Source of the DNA: an uncultured delta proteobacterium
GTDB lineage: Bacteria > Desulfobacterota > Binatia > UBA9968
NCBI GenBank assembly: GCA_963771465.1
Contig: CAVYTU010000015.1
Span: forward strand, 64,001-128,000
Direction of reading: 5' to 3'
Length of the DNA: 64,000 bases
Positions 58,027 through 64,000 of this stretch are shown piece by piece. Made by a program: the position numbers and the translations under genes. The notes below the pieces were generated by a model. It had not been told where the DNA came from, made no database searches, and was given only the letters and a program-made list of their open reading frames with translations. The first letter of the stretch is position 1. The number at the start of each line of letters is the position of its first letter.

Positions 58027-59040
58027 ATGAAGATAAAACTATTTGTACTTCGTTTAGGGTTGATAATTGTTATTGGCAGCGGCGCTGCCAAGCTGTTTGC
58101 CGCCGACGCTTCGCTGGTTGAAAGAGCCAAGAAGGAAGGCACCTTCATGCTCTACTCGTCCATGAACCAGCCGGACGTCAATCACCTGTTTGACGGCTTC
58201 CGCAAGAAATATCCGTTTATTACGCCAAAAGGCTATACGACGAGAAGCGCCGCTCTGCTGGAGAGGGTTGTTACCGAGGCTCGGGCGGGAAAACAGTTCG
58301 CCGACGTCATCCAAGGCAACGCTTTTACCCTCTATTTGCTGGCCAAGCGAGGCCATACGGAAGCTTATTTTTCTCCCGAAGCCAAAACCTACGCCGACTC
58401 CTTCCGCGATCCGGCCAATGGTTGGATCGCGGTTTATCTGCAACTGAACGTCATCGGCTACAACAGCAAGCTCGTGCCACGAGCCGAAGCGCCCAAAGGC
58501 TACGAGGATCTTTTGAATCCCAAATGGAAAGGCCGTATGGGCCTCGATGACAAACAATACATTTGGTACGACGGCATGCTCAAAGCGCTCGGGCGTGAAA
58601 AAGGACTCGCTTACATGAAGCGGCTCGCCGGCCAAGCGATTAACTTTCGCAGCGGCAACTCGTTGCTGGCCAATCTGCTCGCCGCCGGCGAATTCGGCAT
58701 TTTGATCAACACGCGGCCGGAAAGCATCGACGAGCTCAAGCAGAAAGGTGCGCCGGTCGAATGGGTCACGACCAAACCGATGACCGCCAATGTGCTTCCC
58801 ATCGCGATCGCGAAAAACGCTCAACATCCCAACGCCGGCAAACTTTTCATGGACTACATGCTCTCGGAAGAAGGACAAAAAGTTTTGAGCGCCATGAGCC
58901 GCACACCGGTTCGCCCAGGCATCCCGGCCACCAATCCGCGCTTATCGCAGGGCCTTGAAATCGCCGTCAACGACCCCGGCATGGCCGAACGCTTCGATCA
59001 AGTCGTCGAGCAGTACAAGAGTGTTTTTGGCTTGCAGTAG
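58027..59040 (+). CDS. Extracellular solute-binding protein (AfuA/FbpA-like)
   Basis: AKKEG..YSS, TEARAG, YNSKLV...P..YEDLL.PKWKG and HPNAGKLF motifs. Confidence 0.9.
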   Translation: MKIKLFVLRLGLIIVIGSGAAKLFAADASLVERAKKEGTFMLYSSMNQPDVNHLFDGFRKKYPFITPKGYTTRSAALLERVVTEARAGKQFADVIQGNAFTLYLLAKRGHTEAYFSPEAKTYADSFRDPANGWIAVYLQLNVIGYNSKLVPRAEAPKGYEDLLNPKWKGRMGLDDKQYIWYDGMLKALGREKGLAYMKRLAGQAINFRSGNSLLANLLAAGEFGILINTRPESIDELKQKGAPVEWVTTKPMTANVLPIAIAKNAQHPNAGKLFMDYMLSEEGQKVLSAMSRTPVRPGIPATNPRLSQGLEIAVNDPGMAERFDQVVEQYKSVFGLQ

Positions 59041-59055
59041 CCCTACGGGATATCG

Positions 59056-59136
59056 CATTACAAATTCCAAATTCTAGATTCCAAATCGCCGGTCCGAATT
59101 CTGAAATCTGGAGTTTGGAATCTGCAATCTGAAATT
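59056..59136. repeat. Inverted element of 7-bp units (ATTCCAA / TGGAATY)
   Basis: attacaa attccaa attctag attccaa ... tgaaatc tggagtt tggaatc tgcaatc tgaaatt; related sequence at 17231-17262. Confidence 0.75.
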
Positions 59137-59164
59137 CCTCGCGTTAGCGAGGACGGGAGGCTTT

Positions 59165-59944
59165 ATGAAGATCATGTTTCTTTCCTACTCGCCGCGCGGC
59201 AAATCACGCGACACCTTTGATAATGAAACTCAGCGTCAATTGGAAAGCTACGCTTCGCCCGGCACGGAGATTGTGCTCGCCGCGCCCGAAGATCAGGGTG
59301 GCGGCGCGGTCGACAAGCGGCTCTCCGCGGAGATGGCGATAAACGGCCTGCATCATCTTCTCCGTGTGCCGGCGTTGATCAAGAAAGTTGTCGAGGCGGA
59401 GCGCGACGGCTTCGACGCGGTGATCCAGAGCAACACCTACGACCCCGGCGTCGAGCAAGCACGCCTCGCCGTGCGTATTCCCGTCGTTGGAGTGCTGCGA
59501 GCCAGCTGTCACGTCGCCGCCTGCCTCTCCCATCGAGTTGGCATTACGATTTTGCTTGAATCGATGCTCCCCTACACACGCAGCATCCTACGCGAGTACG
59601 GTCTGACGTCCCTCATCAGCGGTATCAAAGCGCTCAACATGTACGAAACTGGCGATCTCGCCAAAGTGCGCGAACCGATCAAACAGAAAGTGATCCAGCT
59701 AGCGAAGGAACTTAAAGCGGAAGGCGCCGAAGTCGTGATTCCACTCGGCGGCCGAGTCTTTCCTGGAGCGATAAGCTGCGAAGAAATCGAAGCCGAAGCC
59801 GGCATCCCGATCCTCAACACGAAGGCAATCGGCATCCAGTTCACCGAAATGCTGGTACGCAACCGTATGAGCCACAGCCCGCTCGCCTACCCGTGCAAGA
59901 TTCCACTTGCACCGGAGGATTTTACCAAGAAGATGTCTAGTTAA
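59165..59944 (+). CDS. Hydantoin/allantoin racemase-like protein (Asp/Glu/hydantoin racemase family)
   Basis: ASPGTE, AERDGFDAVI, DPGV..AR..V.IPVVG, GAEVVI and S...YP motifs. Confidence 0.85.
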   Translation: MKIMFLSYSPRGKSRDTFDNETQRQLESYASPGTEIVLAAPEDQGGGAVDKRLSAEMAINGLHHLLRVPALIKKVVEAERDGFDAVIQSNTYDPGVEQARLAVRIPVVGVLRASCHVAACLSHRVGITILLESMLPYTRSILREYGLTSLISGIKALNMYETGDLAKVREPIKQKVIQLAKELKAEGAEVVIPLGGRVFPGAISCEEIEAEAGIPILNTKAIGIQFTEMLVRNRMSHSPLAYPCKIPLAPEDFTKKMSS

Positions 59945-60022
59945 GCGGCTGTGAAGGATTGCGCATGACGCAACTCAAATCACTACCTCCCCAGTTCGTA
60001 AGGAGCGCCCTAGCGCGCGCTG

Positions 60023-60865
60023 TTATGATTTGCAAAATTCGAGTACTCGATCGCATACTTTCTGAGTCGTCTGCTCCGGCGGCATGACGTTCCAGAAATC
60101 AGACTTCGGTAGAAGCTCGCGCAGATAGTGCGCCCCAGAGGTCGCGTGGGATTGATCGTCGCCCGGAATAATCAATGACGGCGCTTTGACGCCCATTACT
60201 TCTTCCGGTTCAGCTCCCGGTGCCGTGTCGCGGTCAAACAGAGTGCGCCCGCTGGTGATGGTGATGCTCAGATAACGCTCCAAATCCTGACTCGCGAATC
60301 TGTGCGCAAAAGAATGATCCCTGGCGATCAAGCCCGCCCATGGGCCTGTTTCTGGGTCCTGCCAGAAATTTTTCTTGTCCCGCGACCGCTCGATGACGCC
60401 GGTCAAACCATTTTGCTTAGCGAAATTGGAATGGCGCACGAATCGGTCTTGCGCGGCAACCTTCCACCGATAGCCGCCCACCGGCCAGTGCAGAATCAAT
60501 CCCCGCGTCGCTTCCGGATAGTGTACGCCGAAGGCCAACGCCACCGAGCAGCCCATGCAGCCGCCCATGATGTAAGCCGAGTCGATTTTTAAATGATCGA
60601 GCAGCGCTTTGCCCTGTTTGGTATACGTCGCCCAGCCGAGCCGCTCGATGCGCCCGCCGGACCGGCCACACTCGCGCCGGTCGTAGACGATCAACTGGTG
60701 CTCGGCGCCAAGCGCATCGAACGCATTGATCCCAGTCCATGCGCTCGCCACGCGCCACTTGTCGATGGTCGCGTCGAAGCCGCCCGGCGCGCACATCAAG
60801 ATCGGCGTTCCCGAACCGTAGGTTTCGTAGTAAGTTTCAATCCCGTCGAGGGTCGCAGTCGGCAT
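60023..60865 (-). CDS. Alpha/beta hydrolase with Cys at the nucleophile elbow
   Basis: YDRRECGRSGG, MGGCMG and PGDDQSH motifs. Confidence 0.85.
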   Translation of the reverse strand: MPTATLDGIETYYETYGSGTPILMCAPGGFDATIDKWRVASAWTGINAFDALGAEHQLIVYDRRECGRSGGRIERLGWATYTKQGKALLDHLKIDSAYIMGGCMGCSVALAFGVHYPEATRGLILHWPVGGYRWKVAAQDRFVRHSNFAKQNGLTGVIERSRDKKNFWQDPETGPWAGLIARDHSFAHRFASQDLERYLSITITSGRTLFDRDTAPGAEPEEVMGVKAPSLIIPGDDQSHATSGAHYLRELLPKSDFWNVMPPEQTTQKVCDRVLEFCKS

Positions 60866-60969
60866 GGTTTTCTCCTCTGACTCTGCTATAGATTTTAACT
60901 CGACCCATGCTTATCACGGCGCCGGTTGGGAGAAAAGTTTCACTGCCAGCAGGACTCGGAGGTTAAGAA

Positions 60970-61785
60970 GTGAGCGATCGAGAAACCGAAACAAAATTCA
61001 CCGAACTTTTAGATGTGATGGCGCGGTTACGCAGTGAAACCGGCTGCCCATGGGACAAAGAGCAAACCCATTTGTCACTCAAAGCGTGCCTACTGGAGGA
61101 AACCTACGAACTGCTCGACGCTCTCGACGACGGCGACACAAAGAAGCTTAAAGAGGAGTTGGGCGATGTTTTGTTGCAAGTTATTTTCCACGCACAGATC
61201 GCCAGCGAAGAGCGCCGCTTCACGATCAAAGACGTAATCGAATTACTCACCGACAAACTCGTCCGCCGCCACCCCTATGTTTTTGCCGGCGAACCGCTCC
61301 CCGAAGATCCCGCGGCCGCGCTCAAACAACGCGCGCAGATCAAAGCCAATGAAAAGAAGGATGGCAAAAGCCAATCTGCCCTCGGCAATGTGCCCAAGGC
61401 AATGCCGGCGCTGGCGCGGGCACAGTCCATCTCCCGGCGCGCCGCCCATCTCGGTTTCGAGTGGCCGAACATCGACCCGGTCTGGGCTAAGGTCGAAGAG
61501 GAGATGCGCGAACTTAAGGAAGCCGTGGCGTCGGGTAATAAAACTCATACCGGCGAAGAATTTGGCGATCTGCTTTTCACTATGGTCAATATCGCGCGCT
61601 TTCTCGATATCGAGTCGGAAGAAGTGTTAGCTCAGACCGTCGACCGCTTTACCCGCCGCTTCCATCACATCGAAGCGCGACTGCGCCAAGCCAATAAGGA
61701 ATGGGGTCAGTCGTCCATCGAAGAGATGGATCGCTACTGGGATGAAGCCAAAAAGATCGAAGCTCAAGGGAAGTCGGTAAAATGA
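60970..61785 (+). CDS. mazG: Nucleoside triphosphate pyrophosphohydrolase MazG
   Basis: LR...GCPWD.EQT, EETYE, EELGD.L.Q, KLVRRHP, EEFGDLLF and two MazG domains. Confidence 0.95.
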   Translation: MSDRETETKFTELLDVMARLRSETGCPWDKEQTHLSLKACLLEETYELLDALDDGDTKKLKEELGDVLLQVIFHAQIASEERRFTIKDVIELLTDKLVRRHPYVFAGEPLPEDPAAALKQRAQIKANEKKDGKSQSALGNVPKAMPALARAQSISRRAAHLGFEWPNIDPVWAKVEEEMRELKEAVASGNKTHTGEEFGDLLFTMVNIARFLDIESEEVLAQTVDRFTRRFHHIEARLRQANKEWGQSSIEEMDRYWDEAKKIEAQGKSVK

Positions 61786-62759
61786 GCAAGCAGCAACTAA
61801 GAACCGTCTTTCTTGACGCCGCCACTTACGGCGACATGTCGCTAGAACTATTCACCGACAGTTGGAACTGCACAGTGCATCAAGTCACTGATCGCGCCGA
61901 AACGAGCGAACGACTCGCCGGCCACACGGTCGCCGTCACCAATAAAGTCGTTATCGACAAAGCGATTTTGAATGCTGCCCAAGCGCGCGAGTTGAAACTG
62001 ATCGCCGTCGCGGCCACCGGCACCGACATTATCGACAAAGAAGAAGCGGCCAAGCGCGGCGTCAAAGTCTGCAATGTGCCGGGCTACGCGACCCAATCGG
62101 TGGCGCAGTTCACCATGGCGCTGATTCTAGAACTCGCCACCCGCGCCGCGAAGTACGGCAACGCGGTGAAGTCAGGTGAATGGCAGAAAAGTCCCGTCTT
62201 CTCGCTCCTGACTTTTTCGAATATTGAACTCGCCGGCAAAAAGCTCGGCATCATCGGCTACGGCAACATCGGACAAGCTGTCGCTCAAATGGCGCGCGGC
62301 TTCGGCCTGGACATTCTCATCGCGGCTCGTCCGGGAAGCACAGGGTCAATTCCAAAAGATCGGTTGTCGGTCAGCGACTTGCTTCAGCAAGCAGACATCC
62401 TATCGCTCCACTGCCCGCTCACGCCGGAAACGAAAGACTTGATTAACCGAGAGACGCTGGCGTTGATGAAACCGACGGCGTTCCTAATCAACACCGCCCG
62501 CGGCGCGCTCATAGACGAAGGCGCATTGATCGACGCTTTGCGCCGCAAAAGACTCGCCGCCGCAGCCCTCGACGTGATTTCCAAAGAGCCGCCGCCGGGG
62601 GATCACCCGCTCATTCAAGCCGCAGCGGAATTGGACAATTTGCTGGTCACGCCGCACACGGCGTGGAGCGCGCGCGAAGCGCGCCAGCGGCTCTTGGTGG
62701 AAGTCAAAGCGAACATTGACGCGTTTATACGCGGCAAGCCGCGAAATCTTGTTGCATAG
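61782..62759 (+). CDS. D-2-hydroxyacid dehydrogenase (glycerate dehydrogenase/hydroxypyruvate reductase-like)
   Basis: TNKV, ATG, GYGNIG, INTARG, DV...EPP and TPHTAW motifs; ATGA overlap with mazG. Confidence 0.92.
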   Translation: MSKQQLRTVFLDAATYGDMSLELFTDSWNCTVHQVTDRAETSERLAGHTVAVTNKVVIDKAILNAAQARELKLIAVAATGTDIIDKEEAAKRGVKVCNVPGYATQSVAQFTMALILELATRAAKYGNAVKSGEWQKSPVFSLLTFSNIELAGKKLGIIGYGNIGQAVAQMARGFGLDILIAARPGSTGSIPKDRLSVSDLLQQADILSLHCPLTPETKDLINRETLALMKPTAFLINTARGALIDEGALIDALRRKRLAAAALDVISKEPPPGDHPLIQAAAELDNLLVTPHTAWSAREARQRLLVEVKANIDAFIRGKPRNLVA

Positions 62760-62791
62760 AACTAAGTACCAACCGCAGATCGACTAAAAGT

Positions 62792-62823
62792 GAGCGCCGC
62801 GGCCGGCTCCGGCCGCGGCGCTC
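62792..62823 (-). terminator. GC-rich hairpin terminator
   Basis: gagcgccgcggccgg-ct-ccggccgcggcgctc, followed on the minus strand by ACTTTT; between convergent genes. Confidence 0.75.
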
Positions 62824-62830
62824 GCCGAGA

Positions 62831-63955
62831 TTAAATCACCTCGTCAACATCCAACCCCAGCGCGATCCGGCCCGCGTAGGTTTGTTGCGCGCCATCGCGC
62901 AGCGGATGATAGCGCGCGGCCTGCGCGTCGCGGAACAGCCTTTCCAACTCGACCGAACGGTAGAACGCGCTGCCGCCCGCGGCTTCCATCGCCAGCTCGA
63001 CGATTTTCAGCACACCGCGCGCCACTAATGCGCGGCCGATCATGACGCGATTGGTCGTTGTCAGGCCCGGATCGTTGGTCGCAGCGGCGGCAATCATCTC
63101 TTGGCGCGCCAACCGAGCCATCGTCAACTCGTTATCGATACTACCGATAAGTTCCACCGAACGATGATCCGCATTGCGCTTGCGGGTCTTCTCAACAGCG
63201 AGATCGCGCGCTGCCTCGGCGACACCGAGATAAGCGGAGTAAACTAATGGAAAGGCGATCATGGAAATGATGTGAAATAACGGGTGCCATTTGCCCTGTG
63301 GCCGCTTCCCGCCAATAGCCGCATCGGCGATGAAAACATCGGTCAGTTCGATATCGTGAGACCCGGTGCCGCGCATCCCCATCACCTTCCAGGTATCGAG
63401 CACCTTCACGCCCTCGGTTTTCATCGGCACCGCGAAATGCAACACCGACGGCCCACCCTCGGGGTCATCGTAAACCGCGCTGGTCATCAACAAGTCGCCG
63501 GCGGGCGCGCCACTCGAAAAGATTTTCCGACCGTTAATGCGATAGCCGCCCTCGACTCGTGTTGCCGTACCCGAGCCCTGCAGCCAGTCGGAACCGCCAC
63601 TGCTCAAAAGCACGATATTTTCAGCAGCGACTCGCTTCAACAAGCCGTCCACCGGCGCTTTCTGATGACGCCAGCGCCACGCGTTGGTCGCCACCTGGTG
63701 GGTGTGCATGGAAAAGGCCAAACCCGTCGAACCACAATGATAAGCGATGCGGCGCAACATCTCGCACAGCTCGGCATGGCTGGCGCCGAGCCCGCCTAAT
63801 TCTTCCGGCACACCGGCCGCTATCAGCCCTTGAGCTTTGAGTTCAGCGTAGTTTTCCAGAACAAAGCGATCTTGCTCATCGGCCGCCGCGGCCCGTTCGG
63901 CAAACCGCGGCTCCAGTTCGCTCAGCACGGTGGCAATCTTTTCGGGCGCTTTCAT
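62831..63955 (-). CDS. Acyl-CoA dehydrogenase superfamily flavoprotein (possibly group D monooxygenase-like)
   Basis: VPEELGG.G, FSMH, NGRKIFSSG, W..MGMRGTGSHD and GG...LERLFRD motifs; ATG 63955 (alternative 63994). Confidence 0.88.
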   Translation of the reverse strand: MKAPEKIATVLSELEPRFAERAAAADEQDRFVLENYAELKAQGLIAAGVPEELGGLGASHAELCEMLRRIAYHCGSTGLAFSMHTHQVATNAWRWRHQKAPVDGLLKRVAAENIVLLSSGGSDWLQGSGTATRVEGGYRINGRKIFSSGAPAGDLLMTSAVYDDPEGGPSVLHFAVPMKTEGVKVLDTWKVMGMRGTGSHDIELTDVFIADAAIGGKRPQGKWHPLFHIISMIAFPLVYSAYLGVAEAARDLAVEKTRKRNADHRSVELIGSIDNELTMARLARQEMIAAAATNDPGLTTTNRVMIGRALVARGVLKIVELAMEAAGGSAFYRSVELERLFRDAQAARYHPLRDGAQQTYAGRIALGLDVDEVI

Positions 63956-64000
63956 TTTGCTTCCCTCAGGTAATTTTATTGCTGATACAGACATATCAAT

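Noticed and set aside
60970-61785. MazG as an anti-phage or toxin-antitoxin component
   Set aside because: It is a standard two-domain housekeeping MazG coupled to a dehydrogenase, with no mazEF or defence genes nearby.
1-64000. Prophage, IS or integron
   Set aside because: No integrase, transposase or phage genes; the palindromes do not show attC-type RYYYAAC...GTTRRRY cassette organisation.

Overview
GC-rich bacterial chromosomal window with about 58 CDS and no rRNA, tRNA, CRISPR array, transposase or transcription-factor gene that I could recognise. It is dominated by uptake and catabolism of small organic, probably aromatic or heterocyclic, compounds. There are about 15 solute-binding proteins (TctC/Bug, NitT/TauT, AfuA/FbpA-like, family 5, ABC_sub_bind), 4 amidohydrolases, paired M24 peptidase-fold proteins, paired MmgE/PrpD proteins, alpha/beta hydrolases, a Rieske oxygenase, phthalate-pathway-like dehydrogenase and decarboxylase homologues, and two racemase-fold proteins. 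This repertoire resembles Ca. Binatota/Binatia-type Deltaproteobacteria (inference only). The most striking feature is a co-oriented minus-strand block (32656-40780): a decarboxylase-like gene, four tandem paralogous bicupin genes, and then a full-length archaeal/eukaryote-type Cdc48/p97 AAA+ ATPase. Its D2 Walker B reads DQ, the hydrolysis-dead substrate-trap substitution, and it lacks a C-terminal HbYX motif. Many intergenic gaps carry short-period (6-9 bp) or palindromic REP-like elements of at least eight distinct families, several of which supply protein termini. Two SBP genes are frameshifted.
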